Assembly (NCBI GenBank): GCA_039818205.1
Contig: JBCBUK010000003.1
Coordinates: 64,001 to 128,000, forward strand
Direction: 5' to 3'
Source of the DNA: Verrucomicrobiota bacterium
GTDB taxonomy: Bacteria; Verrucomicrobiota; Verrucomicrobiia; Opitutales; Cerasicoccaceae
Length of the DNA: 64,000 bases
Shown: piece by piece, positions 30,228-39,317 of the stretch
Position numbering within the stretch: the stretch's first letter is position 1
Layout: every line of letters begins with the position of its first letter
Made by a program: the position numbers and the translations under genes
The notes under the pieces: generated by a model
What the model was told of the DNA's origin: nothing
The model's input: the letters and a program-made list of their open reading frames with translations, nothing else
Databases searched by the model: none

Positions 30228-30692
30228 ATGAGTGATCTGAGTTCGAACCCCGCTGAAGATGTCGCCACGCCAGAAACGCCCAAAGAGATCGATCCAACGC
30301 CTTGGATCGGTGTAGATTTGGACGGGACCTTGGCCAAGTTTTCTTCCTGGCACGGGATCAATCATATTGGAAAGCCGATTCCGGATATGATGAAACGTGT
30401 CCGTCGCTGGCGTACGGAAGGCCGTAAGGTGAAGATCTTCACGGCCCGTGCAGCCCACGAAGAGTATTTGCCGCCTATTCGCAAGTGGTTGAAGAAGCAC
30501 AAGCTGGAGGACATGGAAATTACCAACGAACTCGATCCCTACGTAGTCGAAATCTGGGACGATCGGGCCATTCAGGTGATTACGAATTCGGCTCGTATCA
30601 TCCGCCACCCGTCGGTCACCGCGCGCCCAAAGGCGCCGCTGCTCGAAGAAGCGTTTCCGCACGAAGGTCGCCCCTCCTTAAGCGACCGATAG
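30228..30692 (+). CDS. Small capless HAD-superfamily protein
   Basis: WIGVDLDGTLA (motif I), IFTAR (motif II) and WDDRA (motif IV). I placed the start at ATG 30228. Confidence 0.7.
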   Translation: MSDLSSNPAEDVATPETPKEIDPTPWIGVDLDGTLAKFSSWHGINHIGKPIPDMMKRVRRWRTEGRKVKIFTARAAHEEYLPPIRKWLKKHKLEDMEITNELDPYVVEIWDDRAIQVITNSARIIRHPSVTARPKAPLLEEAFPHEGRPSLSDR

Positions 30693-30705
30693 AACTGCCC
30701 AAGCG

Positions 30706-31710
30706 TTAGGCTTTGGGCAGGTAGTCGTCCTTGGTTTCGGCAATAACCGCGATGACTGCGTCGTGCACGTGGGAATTGGACGCAACGACTCCCTGATTGC
30801 CCGCCAAGGTCTTGCCTTGGGAGAAATCCAGTGGCTTGCCGTGGATGTCCGTCACGCGTCCGCCGGCTTCAACGACTGCCAGCATGCCCGCAGCGTGATC
30901 CCAAATCTTTTCCTGATAACCGGGGCGCGTTGGCAAGCGCAAGTAGATGGAGGCATCGCCTCGTCCAACGGCGGCGTATTTGCACTGGCTGTCCATGCGG
31001 ACGGATTCTCCGGTGATACCAAGTCTTTCGGCGATTGCAGCCGACCAATCGTGTTTGGAGTGTCCGCTTTCGACGGACTCACAAAGGCGGGCGAGGGCCG
31101 GGTTCACGGTGTCATCAACGGATGCTCCGGCGAGCATCTTGCCGTCCATGTCAAAAATTTCCGTTCCATGATTGTGTTGCGAAACGATCAGGCAACCAAT
31201 TGGGCTACCGGGAACATCGTGCTGTTGCGGTAGCGCCGGGCACCCGAGAATACCAAGAACGACTTCCCCGTTCTCGATCAAGGCAAGTGCAACTGCGTAT
31301 TGATCTTTGCGCAAAAAGCCTTTGGTGCCATCGATTGGATCTAGGGTCCAGAAACGACCATCTTTGCCGCCAAGGGCATTCCCTCGATCAATGGATGCGA
31401 GGACCTCCTGTTCCGTAGTGTCTGGAAGGATTGCCTGAACTTCTGTGGTAACGCGGCTCCGGAGTTCGGCATTGGCATCGCCGACAAGGTCCGCGGCATC
31501 TTCTTCTGCGACAACGGTATCGTCGGGATACGCGTCTTTCAGCTTGGACAAAATAACGGCCTGGGCTCCAAAGTCTGCAATGGTGACCGGCGAGCGGTCG
31601 TCCTTTTGCTTGTGGTCTCCCTCGCCAAGGCGTTGGCGGACGTTTTCACAGAGTTGACTCGCGGCGATCACAGCTGCGATCGCAGTTTCTTGTTCAGCAT
31701 TCCAATTCAT
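30706..31710 (-). CDS. 3'(2'),5'-bisphosphate nucleotidase, HAL2/SAL1 type
   Basis: Motifs SPVTIADFGAQA, LDPIDGTKGFLR..QYAVALAL, CESVESGHS, DSQCKY and EKIWDHAAG. Confidence 0.9.
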   Translation of the reverse strand: MNWNAEQETAIAAVIAASQLCENVRQRLGEGDHKQKDDRSPVTIADFGAQAVILSKLKDAYPDDTVVAEEDAADLVGDANAELRSRVTTEVQAILPDTTEQEVLASIDRGNALGGKDGRFWTLDPIDGTKGFLRKDQYAVALALIENGEVVLGILGCPALPQQHDVPGSPIGCLIVSQHNHGTEIFDMDGKMLAGASVDDTVNPALARLCESVESGHSKHDWSAAIAERLGITGESVRMDSQCKYAAVGRGDASIYLRLPTRPGYQEKIWDHAAGMLAVVEAGGRVTDIHGKPLDFSQGKTLAGNQGVVASNSHVHDAVIAVIAETKDDYLPKA

Positions 31711-31786
31711 AGTAGGGTCTTCTATAAGGACACTTGCAAGAAATGCCGCTAGTGAAAACCCCTAAATGCAAAGGGAATCCAATCAG

Positions 31787-33310
31787 CTATTTCGCTGTCT
31801 CAACGAAGCGCTGTTCACGCACCACGGTGACCTTGATCGAACCTGGATAGCTTAGCTCTTCCTCGATACGTCGGCGCAGGTGACGGGCGAGGCGACGAGC
31901 CTCCGAATCGTCCATGCGATCGGGCTCGACGATTACGCGAATCTCCCGCCCCGCCTGCACGGCGTAGGCCTCGGACACGCCGATTATTTCTCGGGCCAAA
32001 TCTTCTAAACTACGCACACGCTGGAGGTAGCCGTCGAGTGCATCAGCCCGCGCCCCAGGACGGCTCGCAGACACCGCATCGGCCACGCGCAGAAGCCCGG
32101 CATAGACGCTTGATGGCGCGACCTCATCGTGGGATGCCGCAACGGCATTCACCACGCGCTCATCTTCACCGTAGCGCTTGAGGAGCATCGCAGCGCTGGC
32201 GGCGTGGCTTCCTTCGTAGTCATGGTCGATTGCCTTGCCTAAGTCATGGAACAATCCACAGCGTTTGGCGAGGTCGGGGTCGAGCCCCAGCTCGGAGGCA
32301 ATGAGCGAACAGAAAAACGCGACCTCGATGGAATGTTCGAGAGTGTTTTGATTGTTCGACAAGCGATAGTGAAGCTTACCAAGCAGCGTGACGATTTCGG
32401 GATGAACGTTGTGCAACCGCAGCTTCAGCAAGGCGCGTTCTCCGAGTTCGATAACGTTGTCTTTAAATTCGTCGCGGACACTGGTGACCGTTTCTTCGAT
32501 CGATACCGGGTGAATCCGGCCATCGCGAATCAATCGATCCAGAGCAATGCGGGCGATCTCGCGGCGCACGGGATCAAAGGATGAAACGAGAAGCGAGTTG
32601 GGCGTTTCATCGATCATCAAGGTCACACCGGTGGCGGATTCGATGGCCCGGATGTTGCGACCTTCCCGTCCGATAATCCTCCCCTTCATATCCTCATTCG
32701 GGATTTGCACCATGGTGGCGCTAATCTCGTTGGGCGGGGTTGCCGTGATGCGCTGCATCGTGTCAATCAGGATGCGTTGCGCTTCCTTGCGGTAGGCGCG
32801 CTCGCTTTCGAGCAGCACGTCGCGTTTGATCTCTTGGATGGATTCGTCTTCATTGATGCGAACCTCGTCCTTCCAGCAATCAATGGCCTCCTCTTTGGTG
32901 AGCCCCGTCATTTTGCGCAAGCGGCTGCGATAGGTGTCGCGGTATCGTTTTACGCGGCGCATCTCCTGGGCCAGTCGGGAAACCGATTTTGTCCGCCGCT
33001 CTTCGCGGTCAATCAGTTCGGCTTCGCGATCGGCGAGAACTGATTCTCGTTTACGGATATCCGTTTCGCGCTGATGGAGGATTTCGTTGCGACTGCTGAG
33101 ATCCTCTTCGGTCTTCTTGTATTTCTCCTGCTGCTCTTCAACGACGTCGACTCGGATTTGTCGCGCCGCCTGTTCTTGTTCTTCCAGCTCTTCTTGATGC
33201 CTTGCTTTCAAGCGGGATGCGGAGAACGTCCAAAACACCCAAATTAGCCCAGCACCAATGAGCGCACCTATTAGGAGCGCGGTGAGGATCTGAGAGTTAA
33301 TTTCAATCAT
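31787..33310 (-). CDS. rny: Ribonuclease Y
   Basis: N-terminal TM helix, coiled coil, KH domain (KGRIIGREGRNIR), HD domain (HDLGKA), SRPGAR and YPGSIKVTVVRE. I placed the start at ATG 33310. Confidence 0.93.
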   Translation of the reverse strand: MIEINSQILTALLIGALIGAGLIWVFWTFSASRLKARHQEELEEQEQAARQIRVDVVEEQQEKYKKTEEDLSSRNEILHQRETDIRKRESVLADREAELIDREERRTKSVSRLAQEMRRVKRYRDTYRSRLRKMTGLTKEEAIDCWKDEVRINEDESIQEIKRDVLLESERAYRKEAQRILIDTMQRITATPPNEISATMVQIPNEDMKGRIIGREGRNIRAIESATGVTLMIDETPNSLLVSSFDPVRREIARIALDRLIRDGRIHPVSIEETVTSVRDEFKDNVIELGERALLKLRLHNVHPEIVTLLGKLHYRLSNNQNTLEHSIEVAFFCSLIASELGLDPDLAKRCGLFHDLGKAIDHDYEGSHAASAAMLLKRYGEDERVVNAVAASHDEVAPSSVYAGLLRVADAVSASRPGARADALDGYLQRVRSLEDLAREIIGVSEAYAVQAGREIRVIVEPDRMDDSEARRLARHLRRRIEEELSYPGSIKVTVVREQRFVETAK

Positions 33311-33406
33311 CGAGGCTTGCGAACAAACCTGCGAGGATGGGGAAATGCACGAGGGGGTAAACAACAAACATAGATATCAACCGCCCACAATGGCAAGCCA
33401 CTTATG

Positions 33407-35059
33407 TTACTCGCTCCCGCGCTCGATTCTTGCGGTTTGGATCTCCGGGACGACTTGCGCTATGACCGTTTGCAGGCGTTCAAGCGCCGGTTCAGTCCCA
33501 TCCAGGCTATCCGTTTGGGCAAAGAGGTAGGCCCAGCGGTGGCTCTGGAGGCGTGTAAGTCGGTCCCAGGCAAACCACGCCAGCCGTTCCGAGTTCGTAG
33601 CCGCAATGCGGTTCTGGCCCACAAACCAGTATGCAAATAGCCCGGGAATGCGTTGCTCCGTTCCATCGGGTAGTTGCTGAGTACGCTCAATCTCGAGGAC
33701 AGTGGCTTTGAGCCCACCGGTCATCCCGGGGATTGAAAACTCATGGAAAAACTTTCCCTCGATGGTCCACCCCTGGCCAACGAGGCAGATTTCCGGGCGA
33801 TGGATTGCAGCCCGGCCTCCGCCACTGAGCACGATCGAGAAGTATACGTAGTCCCCGGGTTTCTCGAGGCTTAGGTAGTGGCTGCGAGAATAGCCTGTGT
33901 CTGGGGGCAGAACCTTGCGCTCGATTTCAGAAACGGGCGCAGAACGGCCGACCCAGTCGATGCCCAACATCGCAGGGAGGGCCACGGGCTGGCTCTTGTC
34001 CCGAGCCAGGCGGACGCCGGCCTTGGCGCTATGGCCCAGGCTATCGATTTTAGAAGCAAGCGCGATCGACAGTCCGATTCCGAGAATGACCAGACTCGCG
34101 ATCGCAATGAGTCCTGACCGTTTGAGTGCCGGGATAGGCTTTTTTTCGCCCTGAGGTGTTACTTTCTCGGGCAGCCATTTTTCCAGGGCCGAAACCGTGG
34201 CGAGTGCAAAGCCCAAAACGATCACGAATACCAGGAAGCCAAACCATTCGTGGACGACCAGTCCGGCGTCTTGACCGAACCATTCTGCGGCGATGATGAT
34301 GGCAAAAATTCGAATTACGTTTCCGACGTAGGCGAACGGAAAGGCCAGGAAGAAAAGGAGGCCGCGGCGCCACCAGGACCGGAAACAACAGTAGCCGACC
34401 AAGAGTGACAACGCGGCGAGTGCAACCAGCGAACGGATCCCGGAGCAGGCAGGTTCCACGTCGTAGTTGAATGACCCATCCGGCGATACCAGATGGGTGC
34501 CGTTGCGGATCACCTCAATTCCGAGTAGGTGGGCGATTGCCGTCGCGCTCTGGATGACGGCTAGACGCAGGAAGAATCCAAATTCGTCAAAAAGAAACTC
34601 CAGGGGCAGGGCAAAGAGCATGAAGGCGAGGGGGAAGGCGGTTGCCCTTCCAGCCCGTGTCCCGCCAGCAAGCCAGGCGAGACCGTTGATGAAAACCAGC
34701 AGGCCGATAATTGATAAGCGCGCCTGCTCGACAATGAGTCCACCGGCGTGAAGGCCCAACCCGCTCATCAGGAGGATGCCAGCCGGGATGATTCGCGGCT
34801 GGACCGATACCTCGGGCGAGCGGCGCCAGTTCCAGATAGATAGACCGATGGCGGCAAGCAGCACCACGGGACCATACTCTGTTTGGCTTCGAGGATTGGT
34901 CCATTGGTGAGTCCACCAAACAAAAATTGAGCTGGTGTCGACGTAGGTTCGGACATTGTTGCCGAAGAACTGCCAAAGGACAAAACCGGCTAGACCCAGG
35001 AAAGCGGTCAAAATCCATGCTTGTTGGCGCGACGCCTCGACTGTCAGGGGTTTAGCCAT
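33407..35059 (-). CDS. Exosortase fused to EpsI-like domain
   Basis: Multi-TM protein with the catalytic triad context VEPACSGIRSL / NVIRI / VHEWFG, and an EpsI-like HRPEICLVGQGW and YWFVG. Confidence 0.9.
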   Translation of the reverse strand: MAKPLTVEASRQQAWILTAFLGLAGFVLWQFFGNNVRTYVDTSSIFVWWTHQWTNPRSQTEYGPVVLLAAIGLSIWNWRRSPEVSVQPRIIPAGILLMSGLGLHAGGLIVEQARLSIIGLLVFINGLAWLAGGTRAGRATAFPLAFMLFALPLEFLFDEFGFFLRLAVIQSATAIAHLLGIEVIRNGTHLVSPDGSFNYDVEPACSGIRSLVALAALSLLVGYCCFRSWWRRGLLFFLAFPFAYVGNVIRIFAIIIAAEWFGQDAGLVVHEWFGFLVFVIVLGFALATVSALEKWLPEKVTPQGEKKPIPALKRSGLIAIASLVILGIGLSIALASKIDSLGHSAKAGVRLARDKSQPVALPAMLGIDWVGRSAPVSEIERKVLPPDTGYSRSHYLSLEKPGDYVYFSIVLSGGGRAAIHRPEICLVGQGWTIEGKFFHEFSIPGMTGGLKATVLEIERTQQLPDGTEQRIPGLFAYWFVGQNRIAATNSERLAWFAWDRLTRLQSHRWAYLFAQTDSLDGTEPALERLQTVIAQVVPEIQTARIERGSE

Positions 35060-36125
35060 TCTCGGATGAGTCTCTCTCGGTTATCGTGCAATCTGGCAAG
35101 TTCTTCTTTAGCCATGGGACCAAGCTCGCACGGATGCGATCTGGGCTTAGGCGTGTCATGCACTGCGGTTCCTCGAAGCGACAATAGTCCCGGCAGGGGA
35201 AGAAGGGACATTGGGGGTCGTGGACGATGGTGGCATCGGGGTGCAAGGGCCGGAACCAGCGAGGTTCGGTGGGCCCAAAAACCGCGAACACGGGCGTATC
35301 AACCGCGGCAGCCAGGTGTGCCGGCCCGGAATCATGACCGAGCATGGCGTCCGCCTGCGCCAAGGTTGCCGCGAGTGCTTGAACGGATAGGTTATCGAGG
35401 AAGGCGTCAGCGATCCCGTCGAGCGATTTCCCATGTCCTATTGGATCGGGGATGACAATCAGGCTAAAATTGAAATTCTGGCGGAGCGCTTCGACTACGG
35501 TCCGCCAGGAGGCTTCTGGCCAAAGGCGGGCTGGCTTGCCGGCACCAGTGTGCAGGACGATCCAGGGGCGAGGAAGTTCGGCTAGTTGGGTGGGTATGGC
35601 CTTGCAATACGCATCGCCAGGTAATGACGGCTGAGATTCGTTGGACGTAAGGCCAGCGTGCTCGATGAGCGCATTCCAGTCCTCCCAGCGATGCCTCGGA
35701 GTTTCTGACCAGTCGATAGCTTGGTTGAGAAACGCAGCGCTCCAGGAGTGGCGAAAACTATAGCGTTTTCTGACGCCAGCTAAGGAAAGCAATAGATGAT
35801 CGCGCGGATCGCGACGGGGTGAGAATCCGCATTCAAACTTTTGTTGGCGAAGCCCGCTAATGACTTTCAGTAGCGATTTCCAGTCCCATCGCCACAGGTG
35901 ATACTTGCCACGAAATGCCGTCCACGGTGCGGTCCACTCAATCCAGCTAACCTGGGGGAACGCGGGCGAAAGCAAGGCTATCGTCGCTGGTTTGGTGACC
36001 ACCGTAACCGATTTCCCGGAGTCGATGGCGGCCCTCAACGCAGAGCTCATGAGGATGGCATCGCCAAGGCCCCATAGCTCAAGAAAGAGCCACTTCTCGG
36101 GGATGCTCGCGTCTTGCCTTGTCAT
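35052..36125 (-). CDS. Glycosyltransferase family 9 (heptosyltransferase-like)
   Basis: Motifs GLGDAIL, LHTGAG..R.WP and GHDSGPAHLAAA...FGPT, with a Cys-rich tail. I placed the start at ATG 36125; the gene overlaps the exosortase start. Confidence 0.88.
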   Translation of the reverse strand: MTRQDASIPEKWLFLELWGLGDAILMSSALRAAIDSGKSVTVVTKPATIALLSPAFPQVSWIEWTAPWTAFRGKYHLWRWDWKSLLKVISGLRQQKFECGFSPRRDPRDHLLLSLAGVRKRYSFRHSWSAAFLNQAIDWSETPRHRWEDWNALIEHAGLTSNESQPSLPGDAYCKAIPTQLAELPRPWIVLHTGAGKPARLWPEASWRTVVEALRQNFNFSLIVIPDPIGHGKSLDGIADAFLDNLSVQALAATLAQADAMLGHDSGPAHLAAAVDTPVFAVFGPTEPRWFRPLHPDATIVHDPQCPFFPCRDYCRFEEPQCMTRLSPDRIRASLVPWLKKNLPDCTITERDSSENG

Positions 36126-36215
36126 GATTGAATGCCGTGACGCTGTCGTAAGCGCGGGCAGATGGCCAAGCAAAAATGGTTCGCCTGGTCGCTGGGTATC
36201 AACATGCTACGGGCC

Positions 36216-37691
36216 ATGTATCTAGCTCCGGCAGTGGTGCGACCGATGGTGACGGTGGGCGGCATGCTCGCCGCAGTTGCTCTGGGTTTGCAGTTTGGCT
36301 GGGGTAGCATCATCGAGATGGTGGTAATCTGCGCAGCGCTTGCCTATGGGCTCCTCGCCGCGGTGTTCCGCTGCCGCTGGGAATCCCTCTTCATTGGTTT
36401 GCTGGTCTTTGGCTATTTGGTCGGAAATCGGGGATTCGCTCAGTTTATGCCAATTGGTCTGCCCTTACTTCCAGGGGAGGCCGGGGTGCTGATTGTCGCA
36501 GTCGCGTTGGTAGTCCGGGTACCGCTTGAGCGTGATTTCCCCTTTCGCTTAACCGCGTTGACGGTTCTGATTGGATTCTGGATCGCGACCTCGGCGGTCC
36601 ATATGTTGTTTGACCTGCCATCTTCGGGATTTTTGGCGATCCGCGATTTCGCCATGGTCTACTACGCGTTGTTTTATTTTGCCGGGGTTTCATTGGCGGA
36701 TCATCGAAACTCAATCTTGGTCATCGAGTGGGCGCTCGGCATCGGCTATTTCTTGATGAGCCTAGGCTGGATGTTGTCATCGTTGTGGCCGACCATTTTT
36801 GACTGGCTCACCTGGAAGGGGATTCCGCTGATCTTTTACAAAGGTGACTTGGTTGGCATGTTCGCCGCGACCGGTGTACTCTTCTACTATGGCTTGATTG
36901 AGCGAAGCCGCGACCGGATAGAGCGCATTGGTTTGACGATATTGATGGGTGTCTCGGCTGGGACATTGGCTTTATCGATGTCGCGCGCGGCGATGCTGGG
37001 TCTCGCCTTTGCGATTTTGGTTCTGCTCATCGCGGGACGCTGGCAGATTTTGGTTCGCTTAGCAGTTGTTGGTTTGGTCGGTTCCTGTCTGGTGATCGCG
37101 TCGGACATGCTGCAAGGCCGGGACCTAAATGAATCGCCGCTTTACGGGATGTTCGAGCACTCAGTTTCGTTGATCGATTTCTCCGGCACCTACCAATACC
37201 AGAACCCCGATTCCATTGATACGGGGGACAATAACCGCTTCCGCATCGTTTGGTGGGAATCGCTGTTTGATCACGTTATGGAGAAGGCTCCGATCCAGGG
37301 GTTAGGATTTGGATACGACCTCGCGAACCCGTTTATCCAGGAGTATTATCCATTGGGTAATGAGACATTCCAAACACGGAGCCCGCACAATTTTCTCCTC
37401 AGCGTTTTTGGCCGAACGGGATTTATTGGCGTAATTTTCTGGGCGCTTATTTTGATCGTTTGGATCTCACAAACTTGGTCCAAGACTCGCAATGCCTGGC
37501 TGGAGAAACATGCGGGACGCGCGCTGATTTACAACCTCATGGCGTGGGCAATATTTATTGGCGCGATCTTCCAAGTGGTGCTGGAAGGACCGATGGGAGC
37601 GGTGCTTTTCTGGTTGTTCTTGGGGCTTTCTCAAACCACACGGTTGGCCAACACCCAAACTCCGAAACCAGCCGAGGAATCGACAGCCTAG
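36216..37691 (+). CDS. O-antigen ligase / Wzy_C family membrane protein
   Basis: About 12 TM helices with SMSRAAMLG, FRIVWW, GLGFG and SPHNFLL...TGFIG. The start is uncertain (36162, 36204 or 36216). Confidence 0.85.
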   Translation: MYLAPAVVRPMVTVGGMLAAVALGLQFGWGSIIEMVVICAALAYGLLAAVFRCRWESLFIGLLVFGYLVGNRGFAQFMPIGLPLLPGEAGVLIVAVALVVRVPLERDFPFRLTALTVLIGFWIATSAVHMLFDLPSSGFLAIRDFAMVYYALFYFAGVSLADHRNSILVIEWALGIGYFLMSLGWMLSSLWPTIFDWLTWKGIPLIFYKGDLVGMFAATGVLFYYGLIERSRDRIERIGLTILMGVSAGTLALSMSRAAMLGLAFAILVLLIAGRWQILVRLAVVGLVGSCLVIASDMLQGRDLNESPLYGMFEHSVSLIDFSGTYQYQNPDSIDTGDNNRFRIVWWESLFDHVMEKAPIQGLGFGYDLANPFIQEYYPLGNETFQTRSPHNFLLSVFGRTGFIGVIFWALILIVWISQTWSKTRNAWLEKHAGRALIYNLMAWAIFIGAIFQVVLEGPMGAVLFWLFLGLSQTTRLANTQTPKPAEESTA

Positions 37692-38332
37692 AAACCGTTG
37701 AGGCTGTTCGGCGCCTCTTCCATTTCTTTCTCGTGTTTGGTTCGGCTCAGATAGGCGTCAAAATCGACGTCAAACAGGACCAAATATGAACCATTTTGCT
37801 GGGCGAGCAGCTGATTGTCTGAGCGAAACAGGTTGTGCTTGAGAAGGGGTTTGTAGTCCTTGCTTGGGTAAGCGTCGGTGGGCAGGGTTCCACGATTCCA
37901 AGTGCCGTCGCCTCGATTTAGGAGAAGGAGCCCATTGCTCTCGGCCTCTGTTAGTCCAGAGCTGCGCTTATAGGCTTCAAAGACTGATTGTCCACGAGCA
38001 TAGACAACGAAAATCAACCACCCGTCGGGGTTGGCGACCGGGCGTTCGCGGTCGTCGAGGACGCGACTACTATAAGCTTTGCCGCCGTCTGCAGTCTTAT
38101 AGTAAAGCACCATTTCGTAGGTATCACTTTCTGGATCCAGGGTGTCTTTGAACGGTGATTTTTTGAAGTGCTGCTCAAAAACTTCGTCATCCAGTAGCTT
38201 TACTGCGCCGCCTTCGGTCAGCAAGCGACGTTCGAGCGTTGAACGGCTATCGCCGACGCGGGCGTTGGCTAGTTGAATACCCAAGCAACAGGCTAGGGCG
38301 ATGACGGATAGACGAGGCAACAAGGATTTCAT
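37688..38332 (-). CDS. Exported hypothetical protein
   Basis: Signal peptide MKSLLPRLSVIALACCLGIQLANA from ATG 38332. No recognisable motif. Confidence 0.7.
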   Translation of the reverse strand: MKSLLPRLSVIALACCLGIQLANARVGDSRSTLERRLLTEGGAVKLLDDEVFEQHFKKSPFKDTLDPESDTYEMVLYYKTADGGKAYSSRVLDDRERPVANPDGWLIFVVYARGQSVFEAYKRSSGLTEAESNGLLLLNRGDGTWNRGTLPTDAYPSKDYKPLLKHNLFRSDNQLLAQQNGSYLVLFDVDFDAYLSRTKHEKEMEEAPNSLNGF

Positions 38333-38401
38333 CCTAAAATCGTAGGTTGAGGATTTGGTGGGAGCAAGCATGCATCCCACGATATTGGGAAGCGCATACC
38401 A

Positions 38402-38430
38402 TTGACTTAATATCACTTCGGGGCTATGTT
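38402..38430 (+). promoter_or_regulatory. Putative sigma70 promoter, probably giving a leaderless mRNA
   Basis: TTGACT-N17-TATGTT, with only 6 nt between the -10 hexamer and ATG 38437. Confidence 0.6.
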
Positions 38431-38436
38431 TACTCC

Positions 38437-38718
38437 ATGCAACCAGCCAAGCATTCACTCGTTCGACTGTGCTTCGGTTATGTGTTGATTGCGCTTTCGA
38501 CGACCTTGTGGTTGATCGCTCCCTGGCCATGGTGGATCCCGGGTCTCGACATCCTGACGCGTGCCCTCGCGGGTTTGTCGCTGATCGCTTCGGCAGAACT
38601 GAGTTTTTACCTCGGCCTATGGGTTCTGGGACCGGGCGAAGCTGAGCATTTTTATCGCTGGGCGCGGTTTAAGCGCGGCTTCCGACGCCTGATGGATTAT
38701 TTGGCGCTCAAATGGTGA
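38437..38718 (+). CDS. Small two-TM membrane protein (resembles 'transporter suffix domain' proteins)
   Basis: 93 aa with two hydrophobic helices, AELSFYLGLWVLG and a basic tail; preceded by a good promoter. Confidence 0.55.
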   Translation: MQPAKHSLVRLCFGYVLIALSTTLWLIAPWPWWIPGLDILTRALAGLSLIASAELSFYLGLWVLGPGEAEHFYRWARFKRGFRRLMDYLALKW

Positions 38719-39317
38719 CGTTGGCGCTGCCAGGAATCCAGATCATCGACGTCTTCGAGCGTGCTCAGCGACATCCCGTGCCAACCCGCTTGGTTGGCTC
38801 GGGTAATTGTTTCATCAAAGACTTTCTCTGTGCTCCAAGGCATGTCCTCGAATAGACTCGGCAGCGTGGCTTTGAGCCCGAGCAAGGTGTAGCCGCCGTC
38901 ACGGGCCGGTCCGATGACGAAGTCTTTCGAATCGAGAAAACGGTCGGCTTCCTGCAGGTACGGCGTGACCAAGCCGGGGCAGTCCGCGCCCATGAGAAAT
39001 ACTTTATGGGCTCCTTGATCCAACGCTCTTTGGGCGGCAGCTATTAGTCGGGCGCCGAGGTCGCCAGCGGGCTGTGCCTGATAGCTATCGGCACCCGGAA
39101 GCCAGGCGCGAAATTCCGCTTCGGCATCGGCCGGTGCATAGTGGATGTTGCGAAGCCAGGATGGGGGCAACTGAGCCCACTGATGTTCGACTAACCGTCG
39201 GTAGATAGCAACGGCTTCATCATTACCGCCTTCTAAATCTGCCGCCAAGCGGGTTTTGACGAGTCCCGGTCGCGGCGCCTTGAGCATCAATGCAACGTGG
39301 GTGGCGGGCTCACTCAA
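38697..39317 (-). CDS. TIGR04282/DUF2064-family arsenosugar-associated transferase
   Basis: Motifs KAPRPGLVKTRL, Q..GDLGARL, GADCP, VIGPARDGGYTLLG, MPWST and DVDD. The likely TTG start at 39317 overlaps the upstream stop codon. Confidence 0.88.
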   Translation of the reverse strand: MSEPATHVALMLKAPRPGLVKTRLAADLEGGNDEAVAIYRRLVEHQWAQLPPSWLRNIHYAPADAEAEFRAWLPGADSYQAQPAGDLGARLIAAAQRALDQGAHKVFLMGADCPGLVTPYLQEADRFLDSKDFVIGPARDGGYTLLGLKATLPSLFEDMPWSTEKVFDETITRANQAGWHGMSLSTLEDVDDLDSWQRQRHHLSAK

